This document shows positions 46,514 to 55,091 of a stretch of DNA of 64,000 bases, piece after piece. Position 1 is the stretch's first letter; each line of letters begins with the position of its first letter. The position numbers and the translations under genes are program-made. The DNA lies in the NCBI GenBank assembly GCA_017395505.1, contig JAFPUH010000042.1:1442-65441 (forward strand). Direction: 5' to 3'. The DNA is from Kiritimatiellia bacterium. GTDB taxonomy: Bacteria; Verrucomicrobiota; Kiritimatiellia; RFP12; UBA1067. Under the pieces are notes generated by a model that was given only the letters and a program-made list of their open reading frames with translations, was not told the DNA's origin and made no database searches.

Positions 46514-47278
46514 ATGTCAGGTCACAGCCACTGGGCGACTATCAAGCGCGCGAAGGGCGCCGCGGACGCCAAGAAGGGTAAGATTTTCTCCAAGCTCGGC
46601 AAGGAGATCACGATCGTCGTAAAGGCGAAGGGCGGCAATCCCGACAACAACCCGACGCTCCGTACGCTCATCGCGAAGGCCAAGGCCGCGCAGATGCCCA
46701 ACGACAACATCGACCGCGCCATCAAGAAGGGTACGGGCGAGCTCGAGTCGGCTGCTCTCGTCGACGCCCAGTACGAGGGTATCAAGGGCGGTGTCGCATT
46801 CGTCGTCAACGTGCTTACCGACAACAAGAACCGCGCCGCGGCCGAAGTCGGCAACGTCTTCAAGAAGAACGGCCTCGAGTTCGCGAAGCAGGGTAGCGCC
46901 TCGCGTCTCTTCGACCGCAAGGGCCAGATCATGATTCCCGCGGCCGACGGCGTCGATGAAGACACCGTCATGATGACCGCACTTGACGCCGGCGCCGAGG
47001 ATGTCGTCGCCGAAGACGGCGGCTTCACCGTGAAGTGCCAGCCCAACGATTTCACGACCGTGCTTGAGGCGATCAAGGCGGCCGGCATCAACGTTGACGA
47101 AGAGAATTCGTCCGTCGGCCTCGTGCCGAACATGACGACGCCCGTCAACGACGTCGCCACGGCCAAGGCGATGCAGAAGTTCATCGACATGCTCGAGGAT
47201 CTCGAGGACGTTCAGGACGTCTACAACAACATGGAGACGTCTGACGAGGTCGATGCCGCTCTCGAAGCCGAGGGCTGA
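46514..47278 (+). CDS. yebC: YebC/PmpR family DNA-binding regulator
   Basis: N-terminus MSGHSHWATIKRAKGAADAKKGKIFSK. Confidence 0.9.
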   Translation: MSGHSHWATIKRAKGAADAKKGKIFSKLGKEITIVVKAKGGNPDNNPTLRTLIAKAKAAQMPNDNIDRAIKKGTGELESAALVDAQYEGIKGGVAFVVNVLTDNKNRAAAEVGNVFKKNGLEFAKQGSASRLFDRKGQIMIPAADGVDEDTVMMTALDAGAEDVVAEDGGFTVKCQPNDFTTVLEAIKAAGINVDEENSSVGLVPNMTTPVNDVATAKAMQKFIDMLEDLEDVQDVYNNMETSDEVDAALEAEG

Positions 47279-47313
47279 TAGACGGTTGCCAAAACAAATC
47301 AAGGAGGTCTGAT

Positions 47314-47688
47314 ATGAAGCTCGAACATGTCGCGATTGACGTGCCTGACGCCGAGGCGTTCAAGGCTTGGTGGTGCAAGAACCTCGGGTTCCGCGTTTCA
47401 TCGAACCCCGGGTTCATAATGGACGACTCCGGCGAGGCTGGCCTTGAGGTCTACCGCACCGGCGAGACCGCCGCGGCGCCCGACTACAAGGCGATGAACT
47501 CGATGACCTTCCACGTGGCCTTCGTCTCCGACGACGTCAAGGCCGATGTCGATCGTCTCGTCGCCGCCGGCGCGACGCTCGAGCAGCTCAAGCTTGAAAA
47601 TCCCTCGTTTCACATGGCGATCCTTCGTGATCCGTGGGGCGTTGCGATCCAGCTCTGCCGCCGCGAGAAGTCGATCTTCATAAAGTAA
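47314..47688 (+). CDS. VOC/glyoxalase-family protein
   Basis: MKLEHVAIDVPD... and 124 aa. Confidence 0.7.
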   Translation: MKLEHVAIDVPDAEAFKAWWCKNLGFRVSSNPGFIMDDSGEAGLEVYRTGETAAAPDYKAMNSMTFHVAFVSDDVKADVDRLVAAGATLEQLKLENPSFHMAILRDPWGVAIQLCRREKSIFIK

Positions 47689-47706
47689 GGCGGCCTGACC
47701 AAGGCT

Positions 47707-48567
47707 ATGCACAGGCTAGACTCGGCGATGGAAAAAGCGGCGGTGCTGATGGAGGCACTGCCGTATATCCAGGACTTCAAGGGCTCGGTAGTTCTGCTGA
47801 AGCTCGGCGGGTCCGTGATGGAGTCCGAAGCCAATCTCGATTCCCTGATGGGCGACATCTCGCTCATGAACGCGGTCGGGATAAAGGTCGTGATTGTGCA
47901 TGGCGGCGGCAAGGCAATCTCGAAGGCGATAAAGGAGAGCGGCCACGAGCCGCTCTTCGTCGACGGCCTCAGGGTCACAGACGAGATGACGATGGAGATC
48001 GTCCGCAAGACCCTCAACAATGTCGTAAATCCCGATCTTGTCCGTCGGCTTCAGGCGCGCGGCACGAACGCCCGCCCGCTGCACGGAAACTGGATCTTCA
48101 CCGCACGCCGCATCACCGAGCCTGACCGCGGCTATGTCGGCCATGTGGTTCATGCCGACACCCGTGCGGTCTGCGAGATGCTCGATGCGGGCATCGTGCC
48201 TGTCGTCACTCCGCTCGGCACGGGCGAGGGCGACCAGCATCTCTACAACATAAATGCGGACTTCGCCGCTGCGGCGCTCGCCAAGGCGCTTCGCGTCAGG
48301 AAGTTCGCCCTCGTCTCGGATGTGCCGGGTCTCCTTCGCGACCCGTCCGACCCTGAGACGCTTTTCTCGACCCTGCGTCTTGACGAGGTTGACTCCCTCA
48401 AGAGCCAGGGCATACTCTCGGGGGGCATGCTCCCGAAGATAGAAAGCTGCGAGGCGGCGATACGTGCGGGTGTGCGCAAGGTGCATCTCGTGGATGGTCG
48501 CATGCCCCATTCGCTGCTGCTTGAAATATTCACGCGCGAAGGCGTGGGAACGGAGATAACGGAATGA
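47707..48567 (+). CDS. argB: acetylglutamate kinase
   Basis: LLKLGGSVM, VIVHGGG and NINAD motifs. Confidence 0.9.
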   Translation: MHRLDSAMEKAAVLMEALPYIQDFKGSVVLLKLGGSVMESEANLDSLMGDISLMNAVGIKVVIVHGGGKAISKAIKESGHEPLFVDGLRVTDEMTMEIVRKTLNNVVNPDLVRRLQARGTNARPLHGNWIFTARRITEPDRGYVGHVVHADTRAVCEMLDAGIVPVVTPLGTGEGDQHLYNINADFAAAALAKALRVRKFALVSDVPGLLRDPSDPETLFSTLRLDEVDSLKSQGILSGGMLPKIESCEAAIRAGVRKVHLVDGRMPHSLLLEIFTREGVGTEITE

Positions 48568-49763
48568 GCAACAATACACAGGACATCCTCGATCTTTACA
48601 AGGCCAACGTAATGCCGACATATGCGCCGTCTCTCGTCTTGGCGAGCGGAACCGGCGTCACGGTGCGCGATGTGGACAACCGCGTCTACTACGATTTCAC
48701 GAGCGGCATCGGCGTCCACAACGTCGGCCACTGCAATCCCCGCGTCGTCGAGGCCATAAGGGAACAGGCCGGCGCGATGACCCACTGCTCTAACCTCTTC
48801 GTCAACGCGCCCGCCACTCTTCTTGCCAAGAAGCTGGTCGAGCTTTCCGGTCTCGGCGGCAAGGCCTTCTTCTGCAACTCCGGCGCGGAGGCCAACGAGG
48901 CCGCCATCAAGCTCGCCCGCAGGTGGGGCTCCCAGAACGGCGGTCGCTACGAGATCGTCACGATGCGTCAGGGCTTCCACGGCCGTACCCTCGCCACCCT
49001 CGCCGCGACAGGACAGTCGTGGTGTCAGGAGAGCTACGATCCGTTGCCTGTCGGCTTCGTCTACGCCGACTTCAACGACATCGAGAGCGTCAAGGCCGCA
49101 GTCACCGACAAGACGGTCGCCATAATGCTCGAGGCCGTGCAGGGCGAAGGCGGCGTAACCCCCGCTACGCCTGAATTCATGGCTGGCGTCCGCGCGCTCT
49201 GCGACGAGAAGAACCTGCTCATGATCTGCGACGAGGTTCAGTGCGGAATGGGTCGCACGGGCTCCTGGTTCGCGTGGCAGGGCTATGACGTCAAGCCCGA
49301 TCTCTTCACTCTCGCGAAGGCGATTGCCGACGGAATCCCGATGGGCGTTCTCGTCTCCAACGCCAAGCTGGCCGACGTGTTCGCCGTCTCTTCCCACGCC
49401 TCCACCTTCGGCGGCAACCCCGTTGCTGCCGCTGCTGCCATGGCGGTTATAGACGTCATCGAAGAGGAGAAGATCCTCGAGAACGTGACGAAGATAGGCG
49501 ATCTTTTCCGCGAGGCTCTTCAGGGTCTCGTCGACAAGTACGAAAAGCTGCTTGAGGTTCGCGGCAAGGGTCTCATGGTCGGTCTCGTCGTCGACGGCGA
49601 CGCCAAGGAGATCGTCGAGGCTCTTCAGGGCCAGAGCATTCTCGCTCTCACCGCCGGTGCGAACGTCGTGCGCTTCCTGCCGCCGCTCACGCTTGGCGAG
49701 GACGACCTCGAGGACGCGGTCGACATGATCAGCGACGCGCTCGATTGCGTCTACGGCGAGTAA
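48564..49763 (+). CDS. argD: acetylornithine aminotransferase
   Basis: Class-III aminotransferase motifs (FCNSGAEANE, DEVQCGMGRTG, TLAKAI). Confidence 0.9.
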   Translation: MSNNTQDILDLYKANVMPTYAPSLVLASGTGVTVRDVDNRVYYDFTSGIGVHNVGHCNPRVVEAIREQAGAMTHCSNLFVNAPATLLAKKLVELSGLGGKAFFCNSGAEANEAAIKLARRWGSQNGGRYEIVTMRQGFHGRTLATLAATGQSWCQESYDPLPVGFVYADFNDIESVKAAVTDKTVAIMLEAVQGEGGVTPATPEFMAGVRALCDEKNLLMICDEVQCGMGRTGSWFAWQGYDVKPDLFTLAKAIADGIPMGVLVSNAKLADVFAVSSHASTFGGNPVAAAAAMAVIDVIEEEKILENVTKIGDLFREALQGLVDKYEKLLEVRGKGLMVGLVVDGDAKEIVEALQGQSILALTAGANVVRFLPPLTLGEDDLEDAVDMISDALDCVYGE

Positions 49764-49778
49764 TTGCGAAAGGGCATC

Positions 49779-51089
49779 ATGTCTGACATAAGGGTTCGCT
49801 TCGCGCCTTCGCCCACCGGCAAGGTGCATATCGGCAACATACGCGCCGCCATCTACAACTGGCTCTACGCCCGCCACACCGGCGGCAAGTTCCTTCTTCG
49901 CATCGAGGATACCGACCTCGAGCGCTCGACGCCCGAGGCCATCAAGGCGCTCTTCGAGTGCATGGAGTGGCTGAAGCTCGATTGGGACGAGGAGGTCTTC
50001 TACCAGACGAAGAACGTCAAGCGCCACCTCGAGGTGGTCGACCAGCTTCTTGCGTCCGGCCACGCCTACAAGGTCGAGAAGACCTCTCGCGACGGCAAGA
50101 CGGGCGTCGTTACGATGTTCCGCATGCCCAAGGAGGGCGTGATCGAGTTTGACGACATCGTCAAGGGCCACATTGCCAAGAAGGCCGAAGACATCCAGGA
50201 CTTCGCGATCGTCCGCTCCGACGGTTCGCCGATCTTCCACATAGCGAACGTCGTGGACGACATCGACCAGCGCGTGACTCACATCATCCGCGGCGACGAC
50301 CATGTCGAGAACACCTTCAAGCACATCTGCATCTTCAGGGCGCTCGGAGCGCCCGTGCCGAAGTACGGACATCTCTCGATGATCGTCAACCAGCAGGGCA
50401 AGCCCTATTCGAAGCGCGACGGTGCGGCGTTCGTGGGCGAGTTCCGCGAGCAGGGCTATCTGCCCGAGGCGCTCTTCAACTATCTGCTGCTTCTCGGCTG
50501 GAACCCCGGCGACGACCGCGAGGTGCTCTCGCGCGACGAGATGGTGAAGCTTTTCGAGCTTGAGAAGGTGCATGTGACGGCCGCGATGTTCGACCTCAAG
50601 AAGCTGCAGTGGATGAACGGCGAATACGTAAAGCGTCTGCCGCGCGACGTGTTCGAGGCCGAGCTGCGCAAGCGTGTCGAGTCCGCCGGACTTTCCGTGC
50701 CTGACGGCTTCAACATGCCCGCGTTGATCGACCAGATGCAGGTCAGGACGAAGTTCCTGAACGACATGCCCGCGAACGTCGCCTATTTCTTCACCGACGA
50801 CTATCCCTACGACGAAAAGTCCGTCGAGAAGCGTCTGAAGAAGGATGGCGTGAAGGACACTCTTATCGACCTCGTCCAGCGCTTCTCCGGCGTCGCCGAA
50901 TGGACGGCGCCAGCGCTCGAATCCGTCATAAAGGAGCTGAGCCAGGGTAATGGCATGGGGCCTTGGGTGCATCCGATTCGCGTTGCGGTTTCGGGTCGCA
51001 TGGATGGTCCCGGGCTCTTTGAGATGCTTGAGATTCTCGGCCGCGAAAAGACGCTCGCGAGGCTCAAGAAGACGGCCGACATGCTGTGA
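49779..51089 (+). CDS. gltX: glutamate--tRNA ligase
   Basis: RFAPSPTGKVHIGN (HIGH motif) and KPYSKRDG (KMSKS-like motif). Track ORF starts at TTG 49764; the ATG is at 49779. Confidence 0.9.
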   Translation: MSDIRVRFAPSPTGKVHIGNIRAAIYNWLYARHTGGKFLLRIEDTDLERSTPEAIKALFECMEWLKLDWDEEVFYQTKNVKRHLEVVDQLLASGHAYKVEKTSRDGKTGVVTMFRMPKEGVIEFDDIVKGHIAKKAEDIQDFAIVRSDGSPIFHIANVVDDIDQRVTHIIRGDDHVENTFKHICIFRALGAPVPKYGHLSMIVNQQGKPYSKRDGAAFVGEFREQGYLPEALFNYLLLLGWNPGDDREVLSRDEMVKLFELEKVHVTAAMFDLKKLQWMNGEYVKRLPRDVFEAELRKRVESAGLSVPDGFNMPALIDQMQVRTKFLNDMPANVAYFFTDDYPYDEKSVEKRLKKDGVKDTLIDLVQRFSGVAEWTAPALESVIKELSQGNGMGPWVHPIRVAVSGRMDGPGLFEMLEILGREKTLARLKKTADML

Positions 51090-52045
51090 GCACCCTGCTG
51101 GTAGCCTATCGCGCGTCCGACCTGTTCGAGAGGGGACGTCACGGCGCAAAGCGCTCTTCGTCCCTGCTGAACGGCGATACGACCTGCCATGTGCTCGACA
51201 TATACCAGCGCCACGCCATAGAGAAGACCCACCACGCGAAAGTCGTCTGCTCGCCCCATCTGCCTGACGGCCCTTGGGACGAGATACATTTCAAGACCGG
51301 CCCTAAGCTGATGAGCGGAGAGCTTTCGCTCGACTTGCTGCAGGAGATATCGCGTCTTCTTGGTGGAGACCTCAAGCCGCCAAGGTTCACGCTTGATTTC
51401 GAGGGCAAGGAGCGCGACAGGAATGCGCTTCTCGAAAAGGTCGTCGGCGATCCCGGTCGCGTGCGCGATTTCTCCGCAAAATGGCGGACAAGCGTGCCCG
51501 GCATCGAACCAATCGAACTTACGAGCTTTCCCGGCTGCTTCTGCCACCGCCGTCCGGACGATGGCGGACTCGCCCTCGCCGAGGTCGTTTCGCGCGAATT
51601 GTCGGCGCTCGAGTCGCGCCCCGAGACGCTGAACCTGCTTGACATGGGGTGCGGCTGCGGACTCGTCGGCTTTCTCGTAGCTTCGGCCGTGAAGGGCGTC
51701 AACCTTGTCATGGTCGATTCGCATTCACGCGCAGTCGAGGCGGCCACCCTGAATTCCAATAACCTTGGCATTTCGGCCGAAATCATTTTGGCGGACAACG
51801 GCACCCCAGAGCGCATGGACGGCACCTTCGACATCTTCGTCGGCAATCCCCCGTATTACTCCGACTATCGCATAGCGGAAGTGTTTCTTGAGACCGCGAA
51901 AAGGGCTCTCAAGCCGGGCGGTGTGTGCTATACGGTCGTCAAGAACGATGCCGGACTCAGACCTGTGCAGGAGCGCTTCTTCCCGTCGGTCGAGGTCATT
52001 CACCGCCGCGGATATTGCGTCCTCAAATCGCTGAACCGCGCTTGA
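51086..52045 (+). CDS. class I SAM-dependent methyltransferase (RsmC/RlmG-like, NPPY motif)
   Basis: LLDMGCGCGLVG SAM-binding motif and the catalytic motif FVGNPPYY. Confidence 0.75.
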   Translation: MSTLLVAYRASDLFERGRHGAKRSSSLLNGDTTCHVLDIYQRHAIEKTHHAKVVCSPHLPDGPWDEIHFKTGPKLMSGELSLDLLQEISRLLGGDLKPPRFTLDFEGKERDRNALLEKVVGDPGRVRDFSAKWRTSVPGIEPIELTSFPGCFCHRRPDDGGLALAEVVSRELSALESRPETLNLLDMGCGCGLVGFLVASAVKGVNLVMVDSHSRAVEAATLNSNNLGISAEIILADNGTPERMDGTFDIFVGNPPYYSDYRIAEVFLETAKRALKPGGVCYTVVKNDAGLRPVQERFFPSVEVIHRRGYCVLKSLNRA

Positions 52046-52121
52046 TTCGCGCGTGGCGATTTGGTGTAGTGCCCCTTGCGGTGCGCAAGCAATAGAGTAC
52101 TGTTGCCAATTTAATTTTTGA

Positions 52122-52229
52122 TACCCTAGGGGTTTGCCATACCTAGGGGTAGCGGGTTGTTACCCCTAGGGGTAAGAGGCTGCTACCCGTAGGGGTGAGA
52201 GGCTGCTACCCGTAGGGGTAAGCGGCTGC
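52122..52229. repeat. five head-to-tail palindrome-containing repeats (consensus TACCCNTAGGGGTRAGMGGCTGC)
   Basis: Copies start at 52122, 52140, 52161, 52184 and 52207. The last three are 23-bp units. The core of copy 3 (TACCCCTAGGGGTA) is a perfect 14-bp palindrome. The array is preceded by an AT-rich patch at 52108-52121. Confidence 0.9.
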
Positions 52230-52281
52230 AGAGCGCCAGGGTGCCGCCCGTGAAACGTGAAAAAGCGAGACGGCGAGCGGG
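52230..52281. repeat. left arm of 52-bp perfect inverted repeat
   Basis: AGAGCGCCAGGGTGCCGCCCGTGAAACGTGAAAAAGCGAGACGGCGAGCGGG is the exact reverse complement of 52928-52979. Confidence 0.95.
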
Positions 52282-52385
52282 ACTAGTAGGATTTACGGGG
52301 GCTTTGTGATGGTTGTGGCGTCGAGGCGGGAATTTGGAGATTTGGGAATATCGAGCTGTTGGACAGGGCAAATCAAGTCAAGTTG

Positions 52386-52416
52386 GGAAAAATCAAAGCG
52401 CCTTCAACGGGCGCTT
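52386..52416. terminator. terminator-like hairpin, possibly bidirectional
   Basis: Stem AAGCGCC/GGCGCTT (52396-52402 with 52410-52416). An A-rich run lies upstream (a U tract on the minus strand) and GAATTGTCTTT lies downstream. Confidence 0.4.
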
Positions 52417-52452
52417 GAATTGTCTTTAAGAGCGGCTGAAAAGACCCTGAAA

Positions 52453-52559
52453 GCGAGGCGGGGCGACCTGGCGACGACCGGCCCGCACCGAGGCACCTCC
52501 CTACTACGGTCCATCCGATGGTGCGGATCGGGCGTCGTCAAAGGTCGCAGTCGCCTCGC
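52453..52559 (+). ncRNA. candidate structured RNA: 107-nt four-helix rod-like hairpin
   Basis: Helices: 52453-60 with 52552-59 (8 bp); 52463-68 with 52543-48 (6 bp); 52469-76 with 52533-40 (8 bp, including one G.U that is valid only on the plus strand); 52483-89 with 52520-26 (7 bp). No ORF. Identity unknown. Confidence 0.3.
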
Positions 52560-52724
52560 GGAGTCCGAAGGCCGGACATGCGCCGCAGAAACGCAAGGCG
52601 TTTCGGAGGGTAGTTTCGAGCGAAGCGAGAACCCGAAGGGCGCGCAAGCGACCGCGGCGAAGGTCGGCCGGAAAGACCAAACACAGTTTGGTCGTCAGGG
52701 CTGAGGTTGGAGTATCCCTGACAT

Positions 52725-52811
52725 GGAGGAATAAAAGACCCGGGGCGCGGCGCATGGGGTGAAATATCGTGAAAGACCCCATTGATCGTTACTGATTGCC
52801 GCGCCCCGGGT
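52725..52811 (-). terminator. large GC hairpin with minus-strand U tract (likely terminator of the phage-like operon)
   Basis: Perfect 14-bp stem (52738-52751 with 52798-52811) plus an inner 7-bp stem (52754-60 with 52776-82). The minus strand continues CUUUUAUU. Confidence 0.5.
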
Positions 52812-52927
52812 TAGATCGTCTTCAATTCAGGGCCTTTTCAACTCATAGCCAAACAACACCAGCTCATTCGCAGCTCTCCATCCGCTCTCTGACGCCTCGA
52901 CCATCACGAAGCCCCACGTCAAAAGAA

Positions 52928-52979
52928 CCCGCTCGCCGTCTCGCTTTTTCACGTTTCACGGGCGGCACCCTGGCGCTCT
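52928..52979. repeat. right arm of 52-bp perfect inverted repeat
   Basis: Exact reverse complement of 52230-52281. Lies 46 nt downstream of the stop of the 688-aa gene. Confidence 0.95.
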
Positions 52980-53024
52980 TTCGCGGACTCTGAGCGAAAG
53001 AAGCCCGCACCTCTGAAACAGTCG

Positions 53025-55091
53025 TCATCGGTTTAGCCTCAGCGTGTTGAAATTCCAGTCGATGCGGACAAGGGGCTGGTGGGATTGGATGCCGACGGCC
53101 ATATTCGGCACCGGGCGTGATGCGGAGCTGGTCGTGCCCAAATCGAGGTCGAAGCTGCCCAGTATGCCGTCGCCGGGCGCCGACGTGTAATGAATCGTTA
53201 TGGGGCCGTCGTCAGGCTCCTTTATCGCGTACCCGGTGACGGTGCCCGTGGCGTTGAAAACCACCTGCGGCGAAAAGCTGACGTATTGCTTCGCCTCGCT
53301 AATGGCGTTGGACAGCCGGTTTTGCAACGCCGTTAAGTCGGCGGGCCTGAACGGGTAGGCCGCTGCGAGCTCCGACCGCACCCTTTCGATGTTCTCGGTT
53401 TGCCATTGCAGGCAGAGTCCCTCGTAGCCTGACTGCGAGCTGGCCGTCCCATTTGCTGCGCGGACTTTCTTTATCTTGTCATAGTTTGAAAAGACATCGT
53501 CGATGGATTCGCCCTGAGTCTGCGTAAAAAGTCCGCACAGCTCAACCTCGCGAATGACGCCGGCCTGCCACGCCCTTGGTCCCGGGAAAAGTATGTTGCC
53601 GTTTGGTGCGGCAAGGATCGGGTTCCAATAGTCGTATTCGGCCGTGCCCTCTACAGTCACGGGAAGCGTTCCCGACGGCGGGGTGAGTTGAATGATGTCA
53701 AAGACATCGTCGGACGTGTCGTCGTCCGCTATGATTTCATATCTCAAAGTGAATGCGCCCCGATAGTCGGACCATTCGACGATAGGGGGCGAGATCGTAA
53801 ACGGCATCATGCCGCCTGTTGAATACCAGAGGTTGTAAAGATTTTTGATTTTGTCCTCGTTGGCATGTACCTGCAAAACAGGCACCGGGGGCGAATCGGT
53901 GTTGGCGACGCATTTGCCGCTTTGCACTCCAGCCACGACGACACCGTGCAAACTTTGGTTGGCTTTTGCCGTCGTCGTATCCTCGAAGGTCGTCGAGCCC
54001 CAAGATACTTGCACTTCCGGGTTGATGGCGGGACGTCCACTCGACCAATCGAGGGCGGAGGCAGGTATTGTGCCGCTAGCCGTTCCCGTCACCTTGTACT
54101 GTGTGATAGCCGCATAATTGTTGTGGTACGTGTCGCCAAAAGGCCAGTTGCCGTAAGTATATAGCCGATCCATTGCGGCAAAGGCTTGGCTGTATGCGGC
54201 GAGTCGCTCATACCAAAGGCGGCGGCTTTCGGAGCGGAGGATCGAGTAGTCGTACGATTTGCCAAAGGCTGCGGAAAGAATCGAACCGAAAGAGCCGAGC
54301 GGCGAAAGTTGATGCGCCAAAATAAATGCATCCCGCCAGCCTTCAGGCAGGCCGTCTTCCGAATAACTGTCAACATTCTGTAAAAAAGATAAAACTCCCT
54401 GCATCGAGGCCGGGGCGAGGTCTGGCGCAGTCGTGCGAAATATGCCGTCGTTTGCGCAGGCGTCGAGTGTGTGACCGCCCCTCCAGGAAGCGAGGGCGGA
54501 AATGACGTCTTGCGGCGCCACCCACGAAAAAGACGGTAACGTCGGCGTAGTGTCGCCAAGGGCGGACGATGAAAGCATCGATGATGACAGGGGTCTTGCA
54601 CTCCTGCCCGTTTGGGCTGTTGAATCGTGAATCTCCTGCACGTCGCACAGAAAGTTTGCGAAGTAGGGTGCGTTCCGAATCGGCGACCAAAGGAAGTTCT
54701 TGATCATCCATTCGAGCGCGGGGCGGTATATGCGGCGAGTCGAAAAAGCGCGGTCTTGCGGCGTCGAGCATTTGGCCGGATAAGGCAGATAGCCCGTCGC
54801 CGCCGTTGGATAGGCAAGGTCGTCGAAGGAGGCATACCTGACGCCTTGATTGACAGTTGAAAATACCGCATACTGCGGCGCGGGGACGCCCGAGATTATT
54901 GTGTACCAATAGTAAGCCCTCTCCCAATAGGCCTCCTCGATTGCGAGGAGCGCGGCGATCACGGTGGCGTCGATGCGGCGCGGCAGGCTGAAGGTCGCGT
55001 TGCCCGGAGTCTGCGCGGCGGTCACGGCGCTTGAGCCGATCCACGACGGGCGGCCGATGAAGATTCCGGGCTGTGGCGAAGAGATCGTCAT
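53025..55091 (-). CDS. large distal tail / host-recognition protein candidate (688 aa)
   Basis: Last gene of the tail module, in an ATGA overlap with the upstream gene. No recognised motif. Confidence 0.6.
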   Translation of the reverse strand: MTISSPQPGIFIGRPSWIGSSAVTAAQTPGNATFSLPRRIDATVIAALLAIEEAYWERAYYWYTIISGVPAPQYAVFSTVNQGVRYASFDDLAYPTAATGYLPYPAKCSTPQDRAFSTRRIYRPALEWMIKNFLWSPIRNAPYFANFLCDVQEIHDSTAQTGRSARPLSSSMLSSSALGDTTPTLPSFSWVAPQDVISALASWRGGHTLDACANDGIFRTTAPDLAPASMQGVLSFLQNVDSYSEDGLPEGWRDAFILAHQLSPLGSFGSILSAAFGKSYDYSILRSESRRLWYERLAAYSQAFAAMDRLYTYGNWPFGDTYHNNYAAITQYKVTGTASGTIPASALDWSSGRPAINPEVQVSWGSTTFEDTTTAKANQSLHGVVVAGVQSGKCVANTDSPPVPVLQVHANEDKIKNLYNLWYSTGGMMPFTISPPIVEWSDYRGAFTLRYEIIADDDTSDDVFDIIQLTPPSGTLPVTVEGTAEYDYWNPILAAPNGNILFPGPRAWQAGVIREVELCGLFTQTQGESIDDVFSNYDKIKKVRAANGTASSQSGYEGLCLQWQTENIERVRSELAAAYPFRPADLTALQNRLSNAISEAKQYVSFSPQVVFNATGTVTGYAIKEPDDGPITIHYTSAPGDGILGSFDLDLGTTSSASRPVPNMAVGIQSHQPLVRIDWNFNTLRLNR

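Noticed and set aside
48243-51149. 968-aa minus-strand ORF across argD and gltX
   Set aside because: It is antisense to two unmistakable housekeeping genes and is a shadow ORF. The same applies to 24126-25148, 25901-27253, 36263-37594, 37823-38896, 44411-45526, 46517-47302 and 47716-48621.
52122-52229. Possible CRISPR array
   Set aside because: The units are 18-23 bp and directly abut one another with no unique spacers. There are no cas genes in the window.
52306-52704. 132-aa plus-strand ORF and 92-aa minus-strand ORF (52504-52782) inside the inverted-repeat module
   Set aside because: Both have low-complexity Arg/Gly/Ser-rich sequences, lack an RBS and span obvious RNA-type hairpins. The region is treated as non-coding.
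52282-52927. Known housekeeping RNA (tmRNA, RNase P, 5S, SRP) as a phage integration target
   Set aside because: GGGGCTTTGTGATGG superficially recalls a tmRNA 5' end, and AGTCCG recalls RNase P P4. However, there is no T-arm or ACCA 3' end, no tag ORF, and no GGAAAGTCCGGGC or ACAGAA..CCGGCTTA motif. This check was by eye only.
53025-55091. Diversity-generating retroelement (VR/TR pair) targeting the distal tail protein or the fibre
   Set aside because: No reverse transcriptase gene is present. I could not find a template-like repeat of either gene's 3' end in the adjacent non-coding region.
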